Source of the DNA: Octopus sinensis | Lineage: Eukaryota | Assembly (NCBI RefSeq): GCF_006345805.1 | Contig: NC_043000.1 | Span: 107,446,001 to 107,510,000, forward strand | Direction: 5' to 3' | DNA: 64,000 nucleotides | Shown: positions 1-12,003 of the stretch, one piece after another | How positions within the stretch are numbered: the stretch's first letter is position 1 | Layout: every line of letters starts with the position of its first letter | Position numbers and translations under genes: made by a program | The notes under the pieces: generated by a model | What the model was told of the DNA's origin: nothing | What the model saw: the letters and a program-made list of their open reading frames with translations, nothing else | Database searches by the model: none

Positions 1-35
<35 letters not shown>

Positions 36-309
36 GTGACAAAGAATATATCTGTGTGTGTATGAATAAATAGAGACTATACATATGCATAGTTATGTAT
101 CACAACATTTCCCAATATATAACAATATACTTCCTATAATACAAGCCACGAGATATACTTAATTGTTATCAAGTTTTCAAGCTCCGATTGCACAGTCTAA
201 AGAATTGACTGATAAACGTGTGTATCTATAAAAATAAAACTGCATTAAGACGAAACGAAATTTAATCCCGAAGGAAATGCTTGCTTCCCCCTGGAAGGTT
301 TTTAATATA

Positions 310-673
310 ATGCAATACACATACAAATATACAAACATATATACGTACATACATGCATACATATATACATATACGTACATACATACATATATACATATAT
401 ATAAATATAAATATAAATATATATATATACAAATATACATATACATACATACATACATACATACATACATACATACATACATACATACATACATACTACA
501 TACATATATATATATACATGTATGTATATGTATAGCCTTACGCAGATTCATAAAGGAATCATAATGCAAAATAGGACACAATGAATGTAGGCGTAGTGTG
601 TATTTTATAATACACACACGCACACGCACACACGCACACACATGCCTGTACACTCACACACATATGTATATAT

Positions 674-705
<32 letters not shown>

Positions 706-811
706 ATATATATATATATATACATGGGTTCATACACACTGACACATGCACACACACACACACAAACACACATTCGTATGTATATATATATATATTATAT
801 ATATATATATT

Positions 812-854
<43 letters not shown>

Positions 855-870
855 TCATATATTATTTATT
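310..870. repeat. Compound microsatellite block (TACA)n/(TA)n/(CA)n
   Basis: Directly visible simple repeats; source of the overlapping MYVC/YIHT ORF-track entries. Confidence 0.95.
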
Positions 871-1119
871 TACACGGCACAATATATGTATTAAAGCAAC
901 TACTAATAGTTTCCTATGCGCAAACCACATATAACGAACTAAATAAACTGAATAATAGAAGAAACGCGAAAAAACTGAGAAAGCAGCATATAGAAAACGC
1001 AGAAAGTAAACAACGGAAAACGTAAACACAAAAATTAAAATGTAAAAAAAATAATAAGTAAAAAGTTAAATGAGCTATCCATCTTAGACCTTAAATTATA
1101 AGGCTGGAAAGATATCAAG

Positions 1120-1745
1120 TCAGAATTTTATATCAATAGGCAGAATTTTCCAATTCTTCAAAATATGTTTATACATATACATGCAGTCACTGAAAATTTC
1201 TAATCTAGTGTTCAATAGAGAGCTAGGGATCTTAGATCTGAGCAGGATCTGCGCTCTTTCAGCCAAACATCCACTCACATAAGGTATGGGTTTCTCAATT
1301 ACTTTCCATCTAGTTACATGCGGTGTTTCGTTATCTTTCAAAGACCATACGTAGCTAACCACCTTCGTAGCTTTACTTTTGTCACTATCATGGAAGGAGG
1401 CTATGCGATTGGCATAGGGATTGTTAAATTCACCTTCACATAATCCAATATATATCTTCTAATCAGTTGTATTATTATTGAGGGTTGCAGTAACTTCTGC
1501 CTTATATATGACAGATTTAATCATACATTGCTAGTCAAGTGGACAGGATCCTGGGTCGCGACAGTTGCAACTGGATTTAGGCTCTTGGTATTGACCACGT
1601 GTAGTGATACTCTTCAGATTGGGGCTGCAGCTATATAATAATTTCACAGAACGCCTATTAAATAATTTCCCGTTTCTGTGAGTTGCAGGAAAGTGTTTGT
1701 CTCCAAAAATTTACTTCCTTCCGGTCAGTTGAACATGTGCAACCG
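1120..1745 (-). mobile_element. Penelope-like element remnant (linker plus GIY-YIG endonuclease), decayed
   Basis: Minus-strand translation across stops gives DKHFPATHRNGKLFNRRSVKLLYSCSPNLKSI, KSSCNCRDPGSCPLD*QC..SVIYKAEV, KIYIGLCEGEF and YVWSLKDNET..WKVIEK..Y. This is the Cys-rich linker and GIY-YIG C-terminus characteristic of Penelope-like elements. Confidence 0.85.
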
Positions 1746-2138
1746 TTAACCTAGACACGGGTTTTTCTCCATATTTTCTCTCTCCATCTGTTTTTCTCTC
1801 CTCATTCCTTTCTGTAGAAACGTCAAAGACATCTTCCACTTTTCCTGGACGTCAAATAATTAATACACCCAGTTTTTCGATCCCTCACCTGTCTCTGTCA
1901 TTTGTTTTTTGTTTTTATTGCATTATTTTGAAGCATATATATATATTTTTCGGACGAATCAGGTCCCTATTAGTGTATACGTTTTCTTTCATATGCGTTA
2001 ACTACAGTACTAGAGCCTTTTAGCTCTTATTTATATCAATGTAGGTGTTTCTTAACACCGTAGCCACATTTAGTGACAATTATAATTCTCGTTTTTGGTG
2101 AAGCATTGCAACCTGCTGTTTATATTAATCAGACACAG

Positions 2139-2190
<52 letters not shown>

Positions 2191-3616
2191 GCACACACAC
2201 ACACAAACACAAACACACACTAATGCCAGGCAAGCTGTGTAGAGCTGATGTTAGCTCTGGAGTTAATGATTGGATTATGAGCAAGCCTTATAATATATGC
2301 TGCTACTTTGATATTTCTCACTTCCTACTGTGATTCAATATCAATTATAGATATTTCATTTCATATTATATGCAGTACTTTCTCGCCTGATATATGTTTA
2401 GCCATTCTTCTCTTTGATATTTCTTCCGCCATTAAATATCTCCGATGTTCCACTCTTTTGATTATAAGGGTTGCTTATTTTCTCCTTTTAAAGCATTTCT
2501 ACAAATACAAAAACATTCATTGATGCAGATCATAAGTTTTGCCCACCTGTAGCTAGTTGTATCTTTGGGGAAGAATCTTCCAAGTCTTGCGTTAATTTCG
2601 AACAGTTATGACATTATATAGGTTGCAGATTTTCTGATTTTTTTCCCGACGAATATTTGCAATAAAGTAAATAAATCTGTGTTTGATACAAAATTTGAAT
2701 GCAACATTTATGAAGACCTAAGCATTGGACTCCGTATTATGATACTATAAGTTCTTGAAAAGACAATATATCCATCAGGAGAAAGAGGAAATCTATACTA
2801 TATATCTCTTTTGTTAATATTACATCTACCATAGTTTTAGTATGTAACACACCGTCATTCGCTTTTGACCAATTTATCATTTACAGAGAATGAACTTCGC
2901 TGATGAGATCCTAATAAGATTCTGTAAATGCCTTCACTTGGTTCAAAGACTAGGTTCTTTCCTGCCGCCTCTACTCCGCCATAAAACAAATAGATTGTAT
3001 CTCCTGTTTACCAGCTCATGAAGAAGAGATCCATAAGAGTTTGCTCGGTCAAAGTCAGGCAACTTGGAAATCATTTCGTCTTCTTTCGTCTATGCTGAAT
3101 TGAAGTTCAAAATATTTTTGTGTGCTCAAGGGAGCTGAGGGAAAACATTTCCCTGTAGTTTTAACGAGAAACTTGATCTACAAACGTGCAGGATAATATA
3201 ACACGCTGCTACAGTTTGATTAAATCGTATTTGCGAATTATTAAACACACTGCAACACACTTTTTGTCTTTGGCTTCTTTCCTTCCTTCCTTCCCATCCT
3301 TTCTTCCTCTGTTTTCTCTCTCATACTAATTAATAGTTATTTTATTTTTTTAAATTGTAACGATCAATATCAAAGTGTTTTCTCTACGCCTCTTTGACCT
3401 GTTAATCTGATCTCCACGCCGGCTTATCAGAGATCTTTGAACAGCGCAGATAAACTTTGATATCAATGACTAAGATATATAAATTAATAAGATTTAATAC
3501 GTGAATAATTGTTTCCAATAATTAGCAAACACGTCTTCAAAAACAGAACCTTATCCAACACACTGTCTCTCTCTATGTCTGTTCCTCTATATTTCATTTC
3601 TCTATCACTGACTCTC

Positions 3617-3838
3617 TATGTATGTATGTATGTATGTATGTATGTATGTATGTATGTATGTATGTATGTATGTATGTATGTATGTATGTATGCATGCATG
3701 TATGTATGTATGTATGTATGTATGTATGTATGTATGTATGTATGTATGTATGTATGTATGTATGTGTGTATGTGCGTATGTATGTATATATGTGCGTGTA
3801 TGTACGTACATACGTACGTATGTATGTATGTATGTATG

Positions 3839-3870
<32 letters not shown>

Positions 3871-3885
3871 TGTATATGTATATAT
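3617..3885. repeat. (TATG)n microsatellite
   Basis: Long near-perfect tetranucleotide array. Confidence 0.95.
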
Positions 3886-4256
3886 TTCTTTGCTTTCCTG
3901 AGCGTCCAATAACACTATACTTGTTCCACGTCCTCGCGTTGTATTTTCATGTTTGGATTAACTATATATATGTATATATATATATGTATATATAGGAGTG
4001 GCGTTGGAGTGACTGTGTGGTAAGTAGCTTGTTTACCGACCACATGGCGATAAATGTAAGTATTGAAACACACATATATGTATATATACATACACACATA
4101 ATATAAATATAGTCTTATGGGTAAATGTATAGATAAACAGTAGCATTGGGCGTTCTGAACATCTTGACCAGGGTTCAATACTGTCCTGGGCCTAATTAAA
4201 AACTTTACTGGCAGTGCCCCAGCATGGCCACAGCATTTAGGCTGAAACGTATAAAA

Positions 4257-4305
<49 letters not shown>

Positions 4306-4631
4306 GTATATATATAAAGACTATCAACAGCAGCGTAGCTGTACTTCCTGAACCCACTACATATGAATTCATTGAGGAGGCGCGTGCTGTGACTAAGGTC
4401 TAACCTATGAACTATAATACCTATCTCGACATCTGCTTACACGAATATCAGAATAAGTCTAACATCACCACACACCCTTCCTTTCCTTTATTACAATTCC
4501 TTTTTCACTTTCTATCACCTTCTACTCCGCCTCAGCAAATACACACAGAACTGCCCACATACCCCAATCAACCTTCTCATTGGTGAAAATTGATAAACAA
4601 CCTTCTGTTATACATTCGTTGCTTCCAACGT

Positions 4632-4780
4632 TAATGCCATATGGCCTGAGGAACCGAACACATGTACTATGATCTACCCGATGTCCATGGATACTACGGA
4701 CTGTACTGTAATCATCCTAGGTATACAGACTATGATTGTAAGAAACATGTAATTTGTGGAAACGCGCGTAGCGGTGCATT
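4632..4780 (+). ncRNA. Putative type-I hammerhead ribozyme with long stem II (Penelope terminal-repeat type)
   Basis: CTGAGGA near 4646 and GGAAAC-GCGC-GTA near 4759. Stem III is palindromic (ACGCGCGT) with a GUA cleavage triplet; stem I pairing is partial (aatgcca..ggc / gcggtgcatt). Folded by eye only. Confidence 0.4.
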
Positions 4781-4959
4781 AAAATATTTATAAATTCCAT
4801 CCATGCATTATTACTATTACTATATTTATCCTATATTATATCGGTACAGCTCGGTAGAACTTCATAAAGCTGCTACTGTAAAACAGAAGCTTTTATATGC
4901 ATACTGAGAAACGTTGGTGTAAAAGAAATTTAAAGTGTGTGTGTATGTATATATTTTGG

Positions 4960-5545
4960 AGATAAACTGTAAAATGGCCATTATTTATGTGGAGGTGCTC
5001 AAGAGGAGTGACAGTAGACGTATAGAGTCAATGATTTTGCAAAGACGTTTGATGTTGGGAGGACATTTGGTAAGGATGAGTAATGAGTGACTGCACAATA
5101 CCGTGATGGATGGAAGAAGATAGTGCATGATGGTTGTTCAAGGTTTGAGAAGGAGAGAGTGAAGTATGAGAGAATTAGGAGGGGGCTTGGAAGTGGGGAA
5201 CCTGTGAAAAGTGAGAGAGTGTTGCTTTTTATGTGTGTGGTTTGGGTGAGGATGTGTTTGAGTCGTGCAGGCTTGGTGAGCCATAAAAAAATCTCACAGA
5301 AATCGACCCATGATAAACAGTGATATGGCTTTTAAACTTCGCAACAGAACATGTGTAAAATGTGGAAGGGTGTGCCTCTCAGATGGAGGTCCAGAAAGAC
5401 ATGTTAAGAGAGTGCATGTGGTGGCACCTGTTTCTCCTGCCAGCCAGTACAGTTGTCCAGTATATAATAAAATGTGTAAAAGCTGGGCTGGGCTTAAAAG
5501 TCTTATAAGCGCATCACATGGCAACAATAATGAATCATTCCAGTA
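4960..5545 (+). mobile_element. RTE-type LINE 3' fragment
   Basis: MILQRRLMLGGHLVRMSNE (decayed LRWAGHVVRM), AQYRDGWKKIVHDGCSRFEKERV, and two C-terminal zinc-finger-like motifs, CVKCGRVCLS..RH and CPVYNKMCKSWAGLKS. Confidence 0.75.
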
Positions 5546-6002
5546 ATTGCTGGGGCACCGATATATATATATATATATTCTTTTATTTAACCGATTTGGG
5601 TGAGTTCGACTCAAAGCTGCAACAAAGGCAACTAACCTAGGAAATGGATAGAGAATTCTAATAGAAAAACTTGGAGTTATGTTGTCCATTGACTTTGTGG
5701 TAAATATTTGCATCAACTTACTGCTTTCAGCATTTTTAAAACGCGTTGCTGGTTTTACACCAGTCTTCACTACTGAAAACAAATCATCCGTGTAGGCAGT
5801 GCAACAGCACTAGCTGTTGGACACTCAGACGTCGAAGATGGTGGGGAAATCCATTAATATACGTATACTCTGGGTTTTTACTTAATTGTTCTCACATGAC
5901 ATTGGCCAAACTGAAGCTATAGTAAAAGAATCTTGTTCAAAATGCTACACAATGTGATTGAATCCAGAACCCCGTGGCTGTGAAGAGAACGTCTAAACGG
6001 CA

Positions 6003-6340
6003 TAGTCACATACTCGTCCATTGATTTTCTCTCCTTTCCTCACCCAATTTCAACTGCCCACTTTTGCACTGTTGATAAAGCTGGAGCATCATCCCCTGAT
6101 GTAGCAACCATGTCAGTATGGATGTCCTTGGAGTATAAACTCTTTTCTGCAGGTACTTGATAACACCAAGATGCCAAATTTTGTCCATTTTTAATGAAGT
6201 CACTTACTGTTACTTTTGATGTCTTCTTTGAAGTGTTTATCCGGAAAGAAAGAAGAACTGAAATTAATGAATGCGGGATTTCACAGCTCTAACACCACTC
6301 CTTCATAGTCAACCTATGAACTTTTCAACCCATTCACGTA
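6003..6340 (-). mobile_element. Mariner 5' fragment (TIR plus transposase N-terminus)
   Basis: TIR-like TAcgtgaatgggttgaaaagttcatagg on the minus strand. The frameshifted translation MDKIWHLGVIKYLQK...GDDAPALSTVQKWAVE resembles the mariner HTH region. Confidence 0.8.
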
Positions 6341-6575
6341 TAATATAACTTGCCATTTTAAAGTGATCTAAATTAAAACCATTCGCCAAAATTTGACTTT
6401 AATTTATGCACTTTTAACTCTAGTTAAATAATGACAAAGTTATTTAACTAACATCTTTGTGATCTTCAAAATTAATTGAAACTACATCAGTTTAAGTATA
6501 AAATGTCTAAATCCTAAAAACTTATAAAAAATTTGATATTTTGGTTTATTGAGTCTAATTTGTGAATGTTAATTA

Positions 6576-6986
6576 CTCTTTTACTCTTTTACTTGTTTCA
6601 GTCATTTAAATGTGGCCATGCTGGTGCACCGCCTTTATTCGAGCAAATCGACCCCAGGACTTATTCTTTGTAAGCCCAGTAGTTATACTATCGGTCTCTT
6701 TTGCCGAACCGCTAAGTTACGGAGACGTAAACACACCAGCATCGGTTGTCAAGCGATGTGGGGGGTACAAACATATACACAAACACACACACACACACAC
6801 ACATATATATATTTATAGATAAACATATATACAACGGGCTTCTTTCAGTTTCCATCTACCAAGTCCACTCACAAGGCTTTGGTCGGTCCGAGGCTATAGT
6901 AGAAGACACTTGCCCAAGGTGCCACGCAGTGGGACTGAATCCGGAACCATGTGGTTGGTAAGCAAGCTACTTACCACACAGCCACT
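6576..6986 (-). mobile_element. tRNA-derived SINE, family A (internal TA/TG microsatellite, LINE-type tail)
   Basis: Near-identical to the copies at 10878 and 11602. It has A/B-box-like head motifs, a CORE-like ccttgggcaagtg segment, and the tail ggcggtgcaccagcatggccacatttaaatgactgaaacaagtaaaaga. Confidence 0.9.
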
Positions 6987-8443
6987 TAATATTATGTGTA
7001 TTTGAGGCAAATCATTATTCAAATATAGGTTATAATAACAAAAAATATGTAGTTAACGAAAGCGAATTGTATGATTTTGACTTTTAGACTTTGATGCCTC
7101 CAGTTAGTTTTGCTTTTGTCTAAATGCAGATCTCACCGAATTATTTTTCAGCGGTTTATAATTTTGTTGTCTTCAGAAAGACACACTGCAGAATTTGAAT
7201 TCAGAAGGCTTTGAACTTAAAACGCAAAGCAATATATGTGGATACTGCGTACTCTAGTACTTCAGAGTAGTCACTATATTCAGTCACTCGTTACTGCGGA
7301 AGTACAGTACCGAATACAAAATGTACCAGAAATACATTTGACTGTCTGGCTATAAACGTTATTAATCATTTGAGAATATGACGCACAAAAATTAATGTTT
7401 ATTGAAATCATTGTTGTTATTCAAAGGAAATATTAATATTGGTAAGAAGTTTAGCTAGAAACAATATTTATTGAAACGATATTTCACTGGATGTTTGGAA
7501 TCAATACAGTAGAATAGACTTCTATTTTCTGCGCTGGTGATATACGAATAGTATGAAACATTAAAATATTTTTTTCCTAGTTGCCAACTCTTGTCAGAAA
7601 TATACTACGAATTGTGCTAAAACTACTGTATTTTCAATCTTTCCAAAAAAAAAAAAAAAATGATTCTCGTCTCGCAGACAGTAATCCCGTATTGCCAAAC
7701 CTCTTGTCGTTTGGATGGTATGAGGAATTATGAAAAGATTTGATGTAGACATAAATTAATATTAACATGACTGAAGCAAAGAAAATTTTATCATGGAGAC
7801 GTCAAACATTTCTATTTCCTGTAAGATATTCATTCATTTTCTAATGATAACATTATGAAGTGATAAGGCATTTAATACATACATAGTGTTCATACGCAAA
7901 TAGTATGATGATATTTAAAAACTACATATAATAACAGAACGAATCTTCTAGCGAGAAAAACGTGACGTGCAATATGGATATCCATTTGTTCATTTGTTGA
8001 AATTTCTTTTTGTTTTTACTGCTTCAGCTAGTATTAAGGTAAACACGAGCCTCTCAACTTGTCATTGCTTCTTTTTCTGTTAAAAAATCCCGCCGGCAAT
8101 ATCTGAAAATTCATGAAGATTCGGTTAGTCTCGAAGTACAATACTAACAATAATACAATAATCATCAATAATAATATAATAATACTAACAATAATACAAT
8201 AATTTTTTATAATTTTGGTACAAGGCCGGCAATTTTGAGGTGAGCGGAAATCGATTACATTGACTCCAGTGCTCAACAGGTACTTATTTTATCGTCCTCC
8301 AAAAGGTGAAAGGCTAAGTCGACCTCGGCGGAATTTGGACTCAATACATAAAGAGCCGGAAGAAATGCTGCTAAGCATCTTGACATGCGTCGTAACGATT
8401 CTATCAGCTCAACGCTAACAACAATTAAATATGACAATATATG

Positions 8444-8855
8444 TTTCTTTATTACCCACAAGGGGCTAAACATAGAGAGGACAAACAAGGACAGACAAAC
8501 GGATTAAGTCGATTACATCGACCTCAGTGCGTAAATGGTTCTTAATTTATCAACCCCGAAAGGATGAAAGGCAAAGTTGACCTCGGCGGAATTTGAACTC
8601 AGAACGTAGCGACGGGCGAAATACCTATTTCTTAATTACCCACAAGGGGCTAAACACAGAGGACAAACAAGGACAGACATAGGTATTAAGTCGATTATAT
8701 CAACCCCAGTGCGTAACTAGTACTTATTTAATCGACCCGAAAGGATGAAAGGCAAAGTCGACCTCGGCGGAATTTGAACTCAGGACGTAGCGACAGACGA
8801 AATACTGCTTAGCATTTCGCCCGGCGTGCTAACGTTTCTGCCAGCTCGCCGCCTT
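8444..8855 (-). mobile_element. tRNA-derived SINE, family B: head plus two tandem ~180-bp units
   Basis: Head aaggcggcgagctggcagaaacgttagc with B-box-like gagttcaaattcc. The internal unit is repeated twice and ends gtaataaagaaa. Confidence 0.9.
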
Positions 8856-9234
8856 AATATAATACAAGTGGGACACGCAGAAATTCCACATTTTATAAAT
8901 GCTTTTATTTCTATTTATCCCTGTGGATTAAACATCATGTCATTGCTTTATTGTGTGCAAAACTGTCAGGGTTTCGAATCTTATGGATTTTTCCCGGCTA
9001 TTTCACATCCTGAGTTCAAATCTTATTGAGCTCAACTTTGAATCTCATATTTACGGATAGGACGAAATAAAGAATCAATCTCGTTTTAGGGTAGATTTAG
9101 TCAGCTAACCCTTACTTCCGATATTTCTGGTCTTGACTCTATCTTAAAAAAATTATTATATCATAGATTTCGATTTTGTCATCTCGTAGGGTTTAGAGTT
9201 AAACGTCATAGAAGGCAAAATATTCGAACTTATT

Positions 9235-9615
9235 CATGACTGTATGGTTCAGCGGTTCGCTTCGCCACCATGTCGGTTCGGGTTCAGTCCCACCGACCGG
9301 CTCATTGGGCAAGCGTCTTTTACTTTAGACCTGGACCGGCAATGGCTTGTGAAGGAACTTGGTAGACAGAATCTGTATGGGAGCCCATCATGTATGTGTG
9401 TCGTGTCTTTGTTGTTATCACACCGCCTGACAATCAGTGTTGGTTTGTTTATGTCCCTGTAACCTAGCGCTTCGGCAAAAGATATCGATAGAACAAGTAC
9501 TCTATTTAAAAAAACGTATGAGTACTAAGGTCGATTTGTTTGACAAAACCCTTCAAGGCGGGTCCCCGCATTGCTGCCATTCAATGACTGAAACAAGGTC
9601 AAGAATAAAAAAAGA
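9235..9615 (+). mobile_element. Degenerate family-A SINE
   Basis: Diverged but colinear with family A, ending ...aatgactgaaacaagg. Confidence 0.7.
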
Positions 9616-9668
9616 AAGAAGAATGCTAACAATGTCTATTTTGTCCCGTAGTTAAAGTTGTTTAAATA

Positions 9669-9901
9669 TATTTCTTTACTACCCACAAGGGGCTAAACAC
9701 AGAGGGGACAAACAAGGACTGACAAACGGATTAAGTCGATTACATCGACCCCAGTACGTAACTGGTACTTAATTTATCGACCCTGAAAGGATGAAAGGCA
9801 AAATCGACCTCGGCGGAATTTGAACCCAGAACGTAACGGCAGACGAAATACGGCTACGCATTTCGCCCGGCGTGCTAACGTTTCTGCCAGTTCGCCACCT
9901 T
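9669..9901 (-). mobile_element. Family-B SINE, head plus one unit
   Basis: Same consensus as the 8444 copy; a possible short TSD (tttaaata) lies on both sides. Confidence 0.9.
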
Positions 9902-10877
9902 TTAAATAGCAACTAAATTACTCTTGTCTGATACTATGTTTTGTTATATAAAAATAAAAAAACAAAACTAAAAAGCACTGAATCAAGAAATAAAGGTTTG
10001 AAATGAGGGGCTTGAGACCTCATAGGAAAACTGATATGCTACAAGGAAGCGTCAAGGGACTGGCTGTTCTGGAATATAATACGAAACGAAATAAGGATAA
10101 AGAGAGAAGATACTATATGCTATGTTTCGTTCAATCTCTATCAAATCAACTGGGAATTAGATTTATAGAATGAGAATTTGAACCTAGATGTGTTATTGAC
10201 GAAGTGGAATGGTCGTTGGTTAAACCTAATTATGCAAGAGCTTTCTCACTTAATAAGATAATATATAACACAAATAATAAATACGGATACCATATCTAGA
10301 ATCTCAGTACGAAGCAAATTTTATTGCTATCTTTGTGAACGGGAGCTACGAAAATGTAGAGAAGACATAAAAAGAAAGAAGAAAGAAAAGAATAAAGAAA
10401 CGATAGGAGTATATAATAATTTATGTATGTTATTGCTTAACATGCTCATAATCCATATCAATATCCAATAATATGCAAGTTGTAATTCATAATTATGCTG
10501 CAGGCCAGGAAGTGTAGAACTTACTGCTTTTAAGATGTATGTGGCAACGTGGAGTAATAATATTATCCCATGTAATTGATTGTATATCGTAAAACTGATT
10601 AAAGAATATTTATTGTACAACTAGACAACGGCGAGAAGCGGGGGTGGTGGTGAGTGAGTGGTAGATTGGCGGAAACGTTAAAGTGTTGGACAAAAACGTT
10701 TACGCTATTTGTTCTAGATCTTAATGTCGTGAGTTCAATTCCTGTTCAGTTAAACTTTCCTTTCTATCTTTTATAATTGACGCTATTTTATGCATCATTC
10801 ATGGCTCTGCAATTTAAAGCTAGAATAAACATGCTAAGAGCATGTTTTCAAAAACATGTATTTTTCAATAATACATT

Positions 10878-11047
10878 GGCGTAGGAGTGGCTGTGTGGTA
10901 AGTAGCTTGCTTACGAACCACATGGTTCCGGGCTCAGTCCCACTGCGTGACACCTTGGGCAAATGTCTTCTACTATACCTCGGGCCGACCAAAGCCTTGT
11001 GAGTGGACTTGGTAGACGGAAACTGAAAGAAGCCTCTCGTATATATG

Positions 11048-11103
<56 letters not shown>

Positions 11104-11326
11104 TATATGTTTGTGTGTCTGTGTTTGCCCCCCTCCCCAACATCGCTTGACAACCGACGCTGGTGTGTTTACGGCCTGTAACCTAGCGGTTCGGCAAATG
11201 GGACCGATAGAATAAGTACTAGGCTTACAAAGAATAAGTCCTGGGGTCGATTTGCTCGACTAAAAAAGGCGGTGCTCCAGCATGGCAGCAGTCAAATGAC
11301 TGAAACAATTAAAAGAGTAAAAGAGA
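10878..11326 (+). mobile_element. Full-length family-A SINE
   Basis: Runs from ggcgtaggagtggctgtgtggtaag to ctgaaacaattaaaagagtaaaagag, with internal (TA)n(TG)n. Confidence 0.92.
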
Positions 11327-11601
11327 GTATATGTGTAAGAAGTTCGAATGCATTTTCATAATTTTTGTTTATTTTCCCATTCATTCTGTTAAACATAGAA
11401 TTTCGACTTCAGACGTATGCATTTATTTATATGTAAAGACAGATTCTTACAGCCGTTTTATAGGGAGTGTAGACAGAAGCTGTAACCATTTCGGTATTTC
11501 GATTAGTTGCTGTTGATGCTGGTATTGTTTAACTGCAGGTATGCCCTAATCGAGCATGCTCATGATCAAACATTAATCCAGCTAAGATATAATCATCACA
11601 T

Positions 11602-12003
11602 TCTCTTTACTCTTTTACTTGTTTCAGTCATTTGACTGCGGCCATGCTGGAACACCGCCTTTAGTCGAACAAATCGACCCCGGGACTTATTCTTTGTAAG
11701 CCCAGTACTTATTCTATCGGTCTCTTTTGCCGAACCGCTAAGTGACGGGGACGTAAACACACCAGCATCGGTTGTCAAGCGATGCTAGGGGGACAAACAC
11801 AGACACACAAACATACACACACACACATATATATATATATACATATATACGACAGGCTTCTTTCAGTTTCCGTCTACCAAATCCACTCACAAGGTTTTGG
11901 TCGGCCCGGGACTATAGCAGAAGACACTTGCCCAAGATGCCACGCAGTGGGACTGAACCCGGAACCATGTGGTTGGTTAGCAACTTACCACACAGCCACT
12001 CCT
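11602..12003 (-). mobile_element. Family-A SINE, inverted relative to the 10878 copy
   Basis: Its reverse complement aligns by eye along the whole 10878 copy. Confidence 0.92.
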
